Origin: an uncultured Aliarcobacter sp.
Lineage (GTDB): Bacteria; Campylobacterota; Campylobacteria; Campylobacterales; Arcobacteraceae
DNA: 64,000 nucleotides
Direction of reading: 5' to 3'
NCBI GenBank assembly: GCA_963677435.1
Contig: OY781945.1
Location: forward strand, 2,304,001 to 2,368,000
Part shown: positions 10,596 through 20,444 of the stretch, one piece after another
Position numbering within the stretch: the first letter of the stretch is position 1
How the letters are laid out: each line of letters starts with the position of its first letter
Program-made: the position numbers and the translations under genes
The notes under the pieces: generated by a model
Told to the model about the DNA's origin: nothing
Seen by the model: only the letters and a program-made list of their open reading frames with translations
The model's database searches: none

Positions 10596-11564
10596 ATGAT
10601 TGAAAAAAAAGGTTCAATGCTAACAGTTAGAGAAGATATAAAAGTTTTCGATTGTACAATAAGAGATGGTGGATTAGTGAATAACTACCATTTTAGTGAT
10701 GCTTTTGTAAAAGCACATTATGATGCTTGTTTAGCTGCTGGTGTTGATTATATGGAAATTGGGAAAAATGTATCTCCTACTATTATGAGTGAAAATGAAT
10801 ATGGTCCTTGGAATTTCTGTAAAGAAGAAGATATTAGAAGAATTGTTGGTGATAATAGTACAAATATGAAAATTGCTGTTATGGCTGATATTGGAAGATC
10901 TTTAAAAGAAGAACTTAGACCAAAATCTGAAAGTGTTGTTGATATGATTAGAATTGCAACATATATTCATCAACTTCCAGCTGCAATTGAGCTAATTGAA
11001 GATGCTCATGCAAAAGGTTATGAAACAACTGTAAATATTATGGCTATTTCAAAATCATTTGATGATGAATTAGATGAAGTTTTAGCACAACTTGCTAAAA
11101 CACCTGTTGATGTTATTTATATAGCTGATAGTTATGGTTCTTTTTATCCTGAACAAATCAAAAAATTAACTGAAAAATATTTAAAAGTAGCTGTTGATTC
11201 TGGAAAACAAATAGGAATTCATGCCCACAATAATATTCAATTAGCTTATGCTAATACTTTAGAATCAATGATTTATGGAGCTAGTTTTCTTGATGTTACA
11301 ATTTCAGGATTAGGAAGAGGTGCAGGAAATTGCCCACTTGAATTATTAATTGGATTCTTAAAAAATCCAAAATATAAATTAATGCCTGTATTAAAATTTA
11401 TTGAAGAGTTTATAGTTCCACTTGAAAAAGAGTTAGATTGGGGATATAGTATTCCATATATGCTAACTGGTCAACTAAATGAACATCCAAGAGCTGCTAT
11501 GAAAGCTAGGGATGAAAAAGATACAAAATATAGAGAGTTTTACAGAAACTTACTTGCAGAATAA
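10596..11564 (+). CDS. DRE-TIM (HMGL-like) aldolase, 4-hydroxy-2-oxovalerate aldolase-like
   Basis: DCTIRDGG, IADSYGS, GIHAHNN, GLGRGAGNCPLE. Confidence 0.8.
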   Translation: MIEKKGSMLTVREDIKVFDCTIRDGGLVNNYHFSDAFVKAHYDACLAAGVDYMEIGKNVSPTIMSENEYGPWNFCKEEDIRRIVGDNSTNMKIAVMADIGRSLKEELRPKSESVVDMIRIATYIHQLPAAIELIEDAHAKGYETTVNIMAISKSFDDELDEVLAQLAKTPVDVIYIADSYGSFYPEQIKKLTEKYLKVAVDSGKQIGIHAHNNIQLAYANTLESMIYGASFLDVTISGLGRGAGNCPLELLIGFLKNPKYKLMPVLKFIEEFIVPLEKELDWGYSIPYMLTGQLNEHPRAAMKARDEKDTKYREFYRNLLAE

Positions 11565-11602
11565 TTTTTATTCAGCCTAAAAAAAAGCTAGCCTATTTTA
11601 GA

Positions 11603-12784
11603 CTAGCTTTTTTTATCACTTATAATTAATACATAATCTTTAAAATAAATTTCTTTACCGTCTTTTATATACAATCTAGGAACTCTTTTATCTATCATAC
11701 AAACAATTTCATAATTAATTGTATTTAATAAATCTGCAACACTATCTATTGAAATTCCATTTGAATCATTTCCTCCAAATAAAATTACTTCATCTCCCAT
11801 TTTAACATCAAGACCTGTTACATCAATAATACATTGATCCATACATATATTCCCAATTACTGGAACAATTGAACCATTAACTAAAACTTTTCCTTTTCCT
11901 GATAACATTCTTGTATATCCATCTGCATAACCAATAGGAAGAGTAGCAACTAGTGAATCTTTATCACATTTATATTTTAAACCATAACTAACTCCACTAC
12001 CAGCAGCAAGTTTTTTTACTTGAGATATTTTTGCTTTTAGACACATAACTTCTTTTAATTTAACAGTTTGATGATTTACCTCTTTTGAAGGGTATAATCC
12101 ATATAACATGATACCAGCTCTAACCATATCAAAATTAAATTCAGGCAAATCTATAATTCCTGCACTATTTGAAACATGTTTTATTGGAATATTTAGACCT
12201 CTTTGTTCTAAACTATTTACAATATATTGATATTTTTTTACTTGTTGTTTTGTATACTCTTTATCAAGTTCATCAGCTGCAGAAAAGTGAGTAAATATAC
12301 CTTCAATAACTAAGCCATTAAGTTTACTCATTTCTAATATTGTTTCTATTGTTTCATCACTAAAAACCATACCTAAACGATTCATTCCACTATCAAGTTT
12401 AATATGTACAACTATTTTTTTATTTAAAAAAAGTGCTGTATTTGAAAACTCTTTTGCTTGCTCTATTGTATAAATTGTTTGAATAATATTATGTTCAATA
12501 ACATCTTTAGCAAGATTTTCAGGTGTATATCCTAATATCATAGTTTCAATATTTGGAAAAGAAGTTTTCAATTGTATTGCTTCTGATAAAGTAGCAACTG
12601 CAAATCTATCTGCACCATTTTCAAGTAATGTCTCAGCAATAGCAACAGCACCATGACCATAACCATCTGCTTTGATAACTGCTGTAATTTTTGAATTTTT
12701 ATTTGTAACTCTTCTTACTTCTCTCATATTGTGAGCTAAATTATCTAAATTAATTTCAGCCCACACTGGTCTTGATAATTTCAC
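11603..12784 (-). CDS. alr: Alanine racemase
   Basis: AVIKADGYGHG (PLP lysine), KLDSGMNRLG, IGYADG, GNICMDQ, TINYE. Confidence 0.96.
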   Translation of the reverse strand: MKLSRPVWAEINLDNLAHNMREVRRVTNKNSKITAVIKADGYGHGAVAIAETLLENGADRFAVATLSEAIQLKTSFPNIETMILGYTPENLAKDVIEHNIIQTIYTIEQAKEFSNTALFLNKKIVVHIKLDSGMNRLGMVFSDETIETILEMSKLNGLVIEGIFTHFSAADELDKEYTKQQVKKYQYIVNSLEQRGLNIPIKHVSNSAGIIDLPEFNFDMVRAGIMLYGLYPSKEVNHQTVKLKEVMCLKAKISQVKKLAAGSGVSYGLKYKCDKDSLVATLPIGYADGYTRMLSGKGKVLVNGSIVPVIGNICMDQCIIDVTGLDVKMGDEVILFGGNDSNGISIDSVADLLNTINYEIVCMIDKRVPRLYIKDGKEIYFKDYVLIISDKKS

Positions 12785-12912
12785 TTATATTCTCCTATTA
12801 TCAGATAATAAATTATTATTCTTATAGAAGTAATAAAAAGAACACTACTAACTTTTTATTACTTTTATAAAAATATGATAAATCATAAGGAAGAGTTACT
12901 TCCTATGATTTA

Positions 12913-14250
12913 TTAAATTTTAGCTAAAGGGTCATGAAAATATTTATTTGTTTCTTCAACAATTACTTTAGATAACAATAATAATGCTATTAAGTTTGGA
13001 ATTGCCATTAATCCATTTGCTAAATCAGAGAAATTCCATACCATTTTTAATTCTGTTACTGAACCTACCATAACAAATACTAAAAACAGTACTCTATATA
13101 TTTTTACTGATTTTTCACCAAATGCATATTCAAATCCTTTTTCACCAAAGTATGACCATCCAAGAAGAGTTGAGTAAGCAAAAAATACTGTTGTTATAAA
13201 CACAATAATTATTCCTGTATCACCTAAGAAATATTCGAAACTTTTTAATGTTAACAATCCAGCACTTCCACCTTCTAACCAAACAGGTGCCATTAAAATA
13301 ATAGTTGCTGTCATTGTACAGATAATTAATGTATCAATAAGTGTTTGTAACATTGAAACTAAGGCTTGTTTTACTGGTTCGCTAGTTTGCGCTGCAGCTG
13401 CAACAATTGCACTTGAACCTAAACCTGCTTCATTAGAAAATAATCCTCTTGAAACACCCATTCTAATTGCTGCTGCCACTGCTGCTCCGGCAAATCCACC
13501 AGCTGCTGCAAAAGGTGCAAAAGCATGACTAAAAATTAATCCGAATGCATCTGGTACTCTATCAAAATTAGTGAAAATAATAAAAAGAGCAGTACAAATA
13601 TATAATAATACCATTACTGGTGAAAAGTATGAAGTAAATTTACCCATTGATTTGATACCACCAAGGATAACTGCACCTGTAAGTACAACTAAAATAAGCC
13701 CTGTAATCCAAGTAGGAATATTAGCTTGATCTAATAGTACGCTAGAAACCGCATTTGCTTGTGTCATATTTCCTGTTCCAAAAGATGCAATTATTGTAAA
13801 AATTGCAAATGCCATACCAAGTTTTGGCATATCCAATCCCTTACTAATGTAATACATTGCTCCACCTTTGTATCCATTAATTCCCTCTTCTCTGTACTTT
13901 ACTGCTAAAATTGCTTCAGAATATTTTGTTGCCATTCCTACTAAACCAGTAATCCACATCCAAAATATTGCTCCTGGACCTCCAAGTGCTATTGCTGTTG
14001 CAACACCCACAATATTTCCAATTCCTACAGTTGCTCCAAGTGATAGCATTAATGCAGAAAACTGAGAGATGTCACCTTTTGCATCTTCATCTTTTGTAAA
14101 AAGAATTTTTATTGCATGAAATAAACCTCTTAATTGTACTCCTCTTAACTTTATAGTCAGAAATAATCCTGTTCCAACTAACAAAACAAGCATAGGTGGT
14201 CCCCATACAAATGATGATAACGAACTAATAAAACTATTAATTGCCTCCAT
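12913..14250 (-). CDS. Alanine/glycine:cation symporter (AgcS/DagA)
   Basis: ATVGIGNIVGVATAIALGGPGAIFWMW, RGLFSNEAGLGS, NGLMAIPNLIALL. Confidence 0.95.
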   Translation of the reverse strand: MEAINSFISSLSSFVWGPPMLVLLVGTGLFLTIKLRGVQLRGLFHAIKILFTKDEDAKGDISQFSALMLSLGATVGIGNIVGVATAIALGGPGAIFWMWITGLVGMATKYSEAILAVKYREEGINGYKGGAMYYISKGLDMPKLGMAFAIFTIIASFGTGNMTQANAVSSVLLDQANIPTWITGLILVVLTGAVILGGIKSMGKFTSYFSPVMVLLYICTALFIIFTNFDRVPDAFGLIFSHAFAPFAAAGGFAGAAVAAAIRMGVSRGLFSNEAGLGSSAIVAAAAQTSEPVKQALVSMLQTLIDTLIICTMTATIILMAPVWLEGGSAGLLTLKSFEYFLGDTGIIIVFITTVFFAYSTLLGWSYFGEKGFEYAFGEKSVKIYRVLFLVFVMVGSVTELKMVWNFSDLANGLMAIPNLIALLLLSKVIVEETNKYFHDPLAKI

Positions 14251-14366
14251 ATCTTTTCTCTCCTTAGATATTTAAAATAAAATAAACTATTAAAAGTTTA
14301 TTACATAGCTAACTAAACAATTGTTTAATTACAATATTCATCCAATGATTAATATAATAATTAAAC

Positions 14367-14397
14367 ATTAAATGAAGAGATTATCTCTTCATTTAAT
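14367..14397. terminator. 14-bp perfect hairpin between dadA and the symporter gene
   Basis: ATTAAATGAAGAGA-TTA-TCTCTTCATTTAAT. Confidence 0.55.
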
Positions 14398-14398
14398 A

Positions 14399-15637
14399 CT
14401 ATCCTTGAAAGAAAGCTGAAAATAATAGAACATCAGCATTGGTTTCATTTTTCTTATCAATTGTTATTACATCACCTATTATTTTCCCAATTGCAGGAGC
14501 AAATGTAATTCCAAGCCATCCAAGTCCAGTAGCGTGTACTAAATTATTATAGTTTTCATCATATCCAAGAATTGGAATATCATTTGGAGTAAGTGGTCTA
14601 AATCCTGTCCATTCAATTTGCTCTCTCATTTCAAAAGCATTTGTGTACATACCTAAATTTTTATGGATACTATCAATTTGTTTTCTTACAACATCAGGAT
14701 TTGTAGTACCTAGTTCTAGTTTTGAAGTCATTCTAACTGTATTTCTTCTTGGAGTCATTGCAATGAATAAATCAGCGAATAGTGAAGAAGTTTTTGGTTT
14801 TAAAGCATCATCCATTTTAAATGTAATACTATAACCCTTTGCAGGAGTCATCATAAATTTGTTTTTTGCTTGTTTTGCTAAAGTATCATCAGCACCAGTT
14901 GATAAAACAAATGTTTCAGCTTCATATGAACCTTTTGAAGTATGAATTTTACTAACTTTTGAGCCTTGGAATTCTAATCTATCTACTTTTTCATTTAGTA
15001 AAAATTCAACACCTTTAGATTCTAAATATTTTTTTAGCTCTACCATAAATTCACCTGGATCAATATGCCCATTTTCTTTTAATAAAATAGAACCAATAAC
15101 CTTATCATTTAGTATTGGCATATACTCTTTTGTTCTCTCTTTTGAAAGAATTTCATAAGCATGTGGATCTTCACAATGAGCAGCCTTTGCATCAAAAGTT
15201 TTTTGCTCTGTATAAATCATTAAAAGACCATCTTTACAAAAATGAAAATCCATTCCATCATCTTTTACCATAGATTCATACATATCTAAACTTACTTGTC
15301 CATATCTTTCAAATAAAGCTAGTGTTCTTTTTAATCTAGCTTGATTTGAACTTGCTGCGAATTTTAAAAGCCATTTGTATAAATGTAAATCAAATGTTGG
15401 ATGAACACTAGCTGGTGATTCACCTTTTAACATCAGTTTTATAGTATCTGGAATCGCTCCTGGTGCACTAAGGGGAGCTTTTTTAAAAGCAGATAATAAT
15501 CCTGCATTACCAAAAGATGTTCCATTTGTAATATCATTTTTATCAATTACAGTTACAGATCTTCCACTCTTTTGTAAACAATATGCTGACATAAGTCCAA
15601 TACATCCAGCACCAACAACAATAACATCTTTTTTCAT
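14399..15637 (-). CDS. dadA: D-amino acid dehydrogenase
   Basis: GAGCIG FAD motif, TSFGNAG, PAKGYS, WTGFRPLTPNDIPILG; context with alr and the alanine symporter. Confidence 0.88.
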   Translation of the reverse strand: MKKDVIVVGAGCIGLMSAYCLQKSGRSVTVIDKNDITNGTSFGNAGLLSAFKKAPLSAPGAIPDTIKLMLKGESPASVHPTFDLHLYKWLLKFAASSNQARLKRTLALFERYGQVSLDMYESMVKDDGMDFHFCKDGLLMIYTEQKTFDAKAAHCEDPHAYEILSKERTKEYMPILNDKVIGSILLKENGHIDPGEFMVELKKYLESKGVEFLLNEKVDRLEFQGSKVSKIHTSKGSYEAETFVLSTGADDTLAKQAKNKFMMTPAKGYSITFKMDDALKPKTSSLFADLFIAMTPRRNTVRMTSKLELGTTNPDVVRKQIDSIHKNLGMYTNAFEMREQIEWTGFRPLTPNDIPILGYDENYNNLVHATGLGWLGITFAPAIGKIIGDVITIDKKNETNADVLLFSAFFQG

Positions 15638-15669
15638 TTTATTTCTCCATTAATATTTTGAATAACTTT

Positions 15670-16044
15670 TTATCTTTTTGCAATTGCTTCGATTTCAATC
15701 AAAGCGTCTTTTGGTAATCTTGATACTTCATATGTAGCCCGAGCTGGATATGGTGCGCTGAAAAATTGTCCATAAATTTCATTTACTACTGCAAAATCTT
15801 CAATATTTTTTAATAAAATAGTAGTTTTTGAAATATCTTTCATTCCCAATCCAGCCTCTTCTAAAATATATTTAATATTTTGTAAAGATTGTTTTGCTTG
15901 AGAAGCTATATCTTCTCCTGCAAATGCACCTGTAGTTTCATCAATTGGTAATTGCCCAGATACAAATATGAATCCATCTTTATCTACAGCTTGTGAATAT
16001 GGTCCAATTGCACTTGGTGCTTTAGTTGAGTTAATAGCTTTCAT
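15670..16044 (-). CDS. ridA: RidA enamine/imine deaminase
   Basis: [39 protein letters not shown]. Confidence 0.93.
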   Translation of the reverse strand: MKAINSTKAPSAIGPYSQAVDKDGFIFVSGQLPIDETTGAFAGEDIASQAKQSLQNIKYILEEAGLGMKDISKTTILLKNIEDFAVVNEIYGQFFSAPYPARATYEVSRLPKDALIEIEAIAKR

Positions 16045-16052
16045 TTAAATCC

Positions 16053-16195
16053 TTTAATGATAATTTTTTTTCATTAAAAGTAGTATATAATAAAATTTTA
16101 TCAATGTAAATAGTTTTTATCACAAATTAATAAATTATTATTACAATAAAAATTTATTATTAGTAGTTGACAATTTAATCTTATTTCCTTATAAT
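16053..16195. promoter_or_regulatory. Divergent sigma70 promoters with repeated ATAA-N4-TTAT boxes
   Basis: Minus strand TTTACA-N17-TATACT (16110-16082); plus strand TTGACA-N17-TATAAT (16167-16195); palindromic boxes at 16053-16078, 16088-16103, 16128-16143 and 16144-16159. Confidence 0.65.
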
Positions 16196-16224
16196 AAAAA
16201 CAATTAAGCTATTAAGGATATTTT

Positions 16225-16872
16225 TTGAATCAATATATTAACAAATTTATTTCTATTGCTGACTTTTTAGGTGAAGTATTAGGAAGTAACACAGAAATTT
16301 TAATACACGATTTAACAGACTACAAAAAATCTATTGTTTACATAATAAATGGTCATATTAGCAATAGAAAAATTGGTGATCCAATTACTGACTTAGTTTT
16401 AGAATTCATGGCAACAGAATCTAAAGGAAACAAACAGTTTATAGCTAAATATAATTCAAAAACAATAGAAGGAAGACTTTTATACTCTTCTACATACTTT
16501 ATTAGAGATAATTCAAATAAAATAGTTGGAGCTTTGTGTTTAAACTCAGATTATCATGAAGTTAAAAAATCATTATCATTTTTGACTTCTCTTCTTCCAA
16601 ATTATGTTGATGATAAGATTTTATCAATTAACAATATAAAAGAAAATCTAAATTCTGACCCTCAAGAATTAACACTTAATAAAATTGATGCCATCATAAA
16701 TGAATTTGATATAGTACCAAATAGAATGACGACAGAAGAAAAAACTGATGTAATTGCTGCGTTAAATGATTGTGGTATCTTTAATATAAGAGGTTCGGTT
16801 CAAGAAGTTGCAAATAAACTACAAATGTCTGAACCCTCAATATATAGATACATTAAAAAAATCAAGAATTAA
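16225..16872 (+). CDS. YheO/DauR-like PAS + HTH transcriptional regulator
   Basis: EILIHDL...INGHISNRKIGDPIT, SSTYFIRD...GALCLN, GIFNIRGSVQEVANKLQMSEPSIYRY; TTG start with AAGGA RBS. Confidence 0.9.
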   Translation: MNQYINKFISIADFLGEVLGSNTEILIHDLTDYKKSIVYIINGHISNRKIGDPITDLVLEFMATESKGNKQFIAKYNSKTIEGRLLYSSTYFIRDNSNKIVGALCLNSDYHEVKKSLSFLTSLLPNYVDDKILSINNIKENLNSDPQELTLNKIDAIINEFDIVPNRMTTEEKTDVIAALNDCGIFNIRGSVQEVANKLQMSEPSIYRYIKKIKN

Positions 16873-16963
16873 TTCTAATTATTGCTAAAAAAAGCTTGTA
16901 AAATTCAAACAGTTTTTCTTATCAACTTAAGTGAAATAGATTCTCTGAGATTCTTTTATATTT

Positions 16964-18244
16964 TTATTTTTGAAGATCTTTTATCTCAAAAGCACTCTTA
17001 ACAATATCAATTCCATATTTACTTCTTAGTTTTTGCATCTGGTTTGTTAAGGCTCTCTTTTTTAGGTCTGTTTCATACTCAAAAAGATTATAGGTGTATT
17101 CATTTACTTTGGCGAAGTTTAAAACGGTGATATTTAGTTGTATTACTCCATGGGTTTTATGGTTATCTGTTTCTTCAAAGAGTTTTACCATTTCAGTTTT
17201 AAAATCCATTTCATTAAAAATCCTGTTTACATTTATATAATCTTTTGATTTACTTCTATATTCATATCTTATTTGTATGGCGTAAGTTAGGGGATTTACA
17301 TTTGCTTTTTTTACTAAAAAACACAAATATCGGCAAAGAATCATTACTCTTCTTTTTAGTTCCTCTCTATCAAAAATAACATCAAAACTTCGCCCTATTC
17401 CTATTGATTTTTTTTCTCTTTCGAAAGTTAGTTTATTATCTCGTATTCCACAAACACGATTGTATAAATCAATTCCTGGCTTTTGCCATGAATAAAAAAG
17501 CTTTTGATTTTTTTTAATATCTCCTAGGGTTTTTATTCCATAACCTTTGAGTTTTTCTTGGAAAGCTTTTCCTATTCCTGGGAACTCTTTTATAGGAATA
17601 TCTCTTGTGAAATTTGCTATATTATCAACACTTACATACTTTACACCATCAGGTTTTGCATATTCTGTTATTAGTTTTGAGAGATATTTTGTGTTTGCAA
17701 TTCCTATTGAAATGGGCAATTTTAATTCATCAAATATCTTTTTTTTCAAATAATATGCAAAAGGAACTATCTCATGCTCATCAATGTAACCTGAAACATC
17801 TCCAAAAAACTCATCTATTGAATACTGCTCAACCAAAGGAATCTCTTTTATCAAAAGCTCTTTTAATTTATTTGATAAATCATGATACAAAGGATAGTTT
17901 GGTGGAAGCATTTTTAAGTGTGGGCATAAAGTCAAAGCTTCATTTACACTCATGGCAGTTTTTACTCCAAAGGCTCTGGCTTCATAAGATGATGTTGTTA
18001 TTATTCCTCTTATTTTTCCATTTTCATCTACAAAATACTCTTTGAAACTTTTCATTCCCTCATTTGTAAGAATGGAACTCACAAATGCTCCACTGTTTGT
18101 TGAGATTTTTCTAATCTCTTTTTTTGAAGAAAAAATATTAAGATTACTTCTTCCTCCAACCGCAACTGGAATATGAAATAAACTATCATCGATAGTTCTA
18201 TGAGCAGAAACAAAAAAACAATCAAGGTCTAGGTGTAGAAACAT
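16964..18244 (-). CDS. dinB: DNA polymerase IV (Y family)
   Basis: HLDLDCFFVS, SYEARAFGV, YSIDEFFGD, KPDG, PGIG. Confidence 0.93.
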   Translation of the reverse strand: MFLHLDLDCFFVSAHRTIDDSLFHIPVAVGGRSNLNIFSSKKEIRKISTNSGAFVSSILTNEGMKSFKEYFVDENGKIRGIITTSSYEARAFGVKTAMSVNEALTLCPHLKMLPPNYPLYHDLSNKLKELLIKEIPLVEQYSIDEFFGDVSGYIDEHEIVPFAYYLKKKIFDELKLPISIGIANTKYLSKLITEYAKPDGVKYVSVDNIANFTRDIPIKEFPGIGKAFQEKLKGYGIKTLGDIKKNQKLFYSWQKPGIDLYNRVCGIRDNKLTFEREKKSIGIGRSFDVIFDREELKRRVMILCRYLCFLVKKANVNPLTYAIQIRYEYRSKSKDYINVNRIFNEMDFKTEMVKLFEETDNHKTHGVIQLNITVLNFAKVNEYTYNLFEYETDLKKRALTNQMQKLRSKYGIDIVKSAFEIKDLQK

Positions 18245-18375
18245 TTAAAAACTTTATTTTATAGGATTTTTATAATTGAATTAGGAAGTATACTTTATTA
18301 AAAAAATTTCTATTTATAATATGTCATTTTGTAATATTTTATTTAAAAGCAAGAAATAAACAAGCCTTTTTGGGC

Positions 18376-18618
18376 TTATTTATTTGTGATGTATTGGATA
18401 ATTTGTTTAGGTGCTTCACCAATTTTTACAATATTTGGAGCTTCCACAGCATCTCTTTTATCTCTATTTACACTAAATGTAACCTCATAATCTCCACTAG
18501 GACAAGAGATAATGCTTTTCGCTTCACTTAATTTCAACTCTTTACAACCATCAAAACTATTATTTGAAGCAAAAAGTGTTGAAGTGGCAATCAATAAATA
18601 TAATGTAATTTTTTTCAT
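18376..18618 (-). CDS. Small secreted hypothetical protein with two cysteines
   Basis: Signal peptide MKKITLYLLIATSTLFA; AAGGA RBS. Confidence 0.7.
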   Translation of the reverse strand: MKKITLYLLIATSTLFASNNSFDGCKELKLSEAKSIISCPSGDYEVTFSVNRDKRDAVEAPNIVKIGEAPKQIIQYITNK

Positions 18619-18670
18619 CTTTATTCCTTTTTTATTTTATGTAAACAAGATAGCTAAAAAAAGTGAAATT

Positions 18671-19009
18671 TTAGTTTTTTTGTGAATAATTAATCATATC
18701 TTTTATCAAAGAATATATAGGATATTTTGGTTTTAGCAAACTTGCTTTTTGTAGCAATTCATCTTTTGAAAAGTGTTTACAATAATAATCAACGACTCTT
18801 TGTTTTGGATTTTTTAAAATATCTTCCAACTCTTCTTTTGTGGGAATATATTCTTTGTTTTGTATTTTTAGTTTGTAATAATCTATTTGATTTATCGCTT
18901 CTTTTTGATTTAATTCATTTGTTAAATTTTTTTCAACTAGTTGTCTAACTCTATCTTGTCCAAAAAGTTTACAAAGTTTATCACTATTTTGTTGAGTTGC
19001 ACGATTCAT
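18671..19009 (-). CDS. Hypothetical protein, start uncertain (frame stays open upstream to 19216)
   Basis: Long open frame in AT-rich DNA; 19009 is the first ATG that does not overlap the start of dgt. Confidence 0.5.
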   Translation of the reverse strand: MNRATQQNSDKLCKLFGQDRVRQLVEKNLTNELNQKEAINQIDYYKLKIQNKEYIPTKEELEDILKNPKQRVVDYYCKHFSKDELLQKASLLKPKYPIYSLIKDMINYSQKN

Positions 19010-19194
19010 GTAAATTGTTATTAAATTTGTAATTTTTATCTTTTGTTTATCTTGGGTAGTCCATAATAAATCACTATCAAGAAGCTTTTTATTTAAAGTG
19101 ATATATCTAGTATTTTCACTATATTTGGGAGTTAATTCTTGTTTTGTTTTATTTATTGTAAGATTATTAAAAAATAATCTAATTAAGGATAAAA

Positions 19195-20430
19195 ATGGAA
19201 GACAAGGCATATTCAAAAGAGACTATAGAATTTGCAAAAGAGCAAGAATTGATTTTAAATAAATTGTTATATAGAGAAACTCCTACAGAAGAAACAAGAA
19301 ATATTGGGAGAGATGATTCTATGAAAGATTATGCAAGAATTCTATATTCTTCTTCATTTAGGAGATTACAAGGAAAAATGCAATTATTAGGAATAAATTC
19401 AACAAATTTTACAAGAAATAGATTAACTCATAGTTTAGAAGTAGCTCAAATAGCTAGGTCTATTGCTCATAATTTAGAGCTTGACAAAATCATCTTTGCT
19501 GAAAGTTGTTCACTTGCTCATGATTTAGGGAATCCTCCTTTTGGTCATTATGGAGAAGTAATTTTAAATAATCTTGCGAAAGATTATGGAGGATATGAAG
19601 GGAATGCTCAAACCTTCCGAATACTTAGAAAATTAGAAAAAAAACATCATGAATATGAGGGATTAAATCTAACTTTGAGAACACTATTTGGAATCACAAA
19701 ATATTTCTATAAAAAAGAAGAAACAAATAAAAAGTTTTTATATGATGAAGATTATAACTTTTTAAAAAATGAACTTATTAAACATGAAATAAGTATAAAA
19801 AAAAGTATAGATGCTCAGATTATGGATTTAGCTGATGAAATAGCTTATGCTGCCCATGATTTAGAAGATGCATTAAGTATTGGAATTATAAGTTTAGGTG
19901 AGATGATTCATGAGTTTAAAATTAGTGAAGATTATAAGGATGCATATGGAGACTTTTCAGAAATTGTAAAAAAAGTACAAGACATAGCTCTTAAATCAAC
20001 TAAACTTAATACTTCAGAAGAATATTCTGCTGTTTTAAGAAAGGAATTAACATCTACAATAGTTCATGATTTATGTATTGATATTGGAATAATAGAAAAA
20101 AATGGAGTAAAACAATTAGGATTCAAAACAAAAGAAAAACTATCAGAAGGACTAAAAAAACTATTGTTTAATGCCATTTTACGTAAAAAAGATGTTCAAC
20201 ATTATGAAAAAAAAGGTGAAAAAATAATAAGAGGATTATATGAAGTTTATACTGATACTAAATATAATAAAAATAATATTTTATTACCTGCAGAATATAG
20301 AAAAAGAGATGATAAACAAGAAAGACTTGTAATAGATTATATTTCAGGAATGATGGACTCTTTTGCAGAACAAGAATATATCAAATATTTTGGGAAAAGC
20401 GATATTGAGAAATTATATTTTAAAATATAA
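19195..20430 (+). CDS. dgt: dGTP triphosphohydrolase (HD domain)
   Basis: FRRLQGK, RNRLTHSLEVAQIAR, AHDLGNPPFGHYGE, EGNAQTFR, ADEIAYAAHDLED, DYISGM. Confidence 0.92.
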   Translation: MEDKAYSKETIEFAKEQELILNKLLYRETPTEETRNIGRDDSMKDYARILYSSSFRRLQGKMQLLGINSTNFTRNRLTHSLEVAQIARSIAHNLELDKIIFAESCSLAHDLGNPPFGHYGEVILNNLAKDYGGYEGNAQTFRILRKLEKKHHEYEGLNLTLRTLFGITKYFYKKEETNKKFLYDEDYNFLKNELIKHEISIKKSIDAQIMDLADEIAYAAHDLEDALSIGIISLGEMIHEFKISEDYKDAYGDFSEIVKKVQDIALKSTKLNTSEEYSAVLRKELTSTIVHDLCIDIGIIEKNGVKQLGFKTKEKLSEGLKKLLFNAILRKKDVQHYEKKGEKIIRGLYEVYTDTKYNKNNILLPAEYRKRDDKQERLVIDYISGMMDSFAEQEYIKYFGKSDIEKLYFKI

Positions 20431-20444
20431 TTCTCAATTATTAC

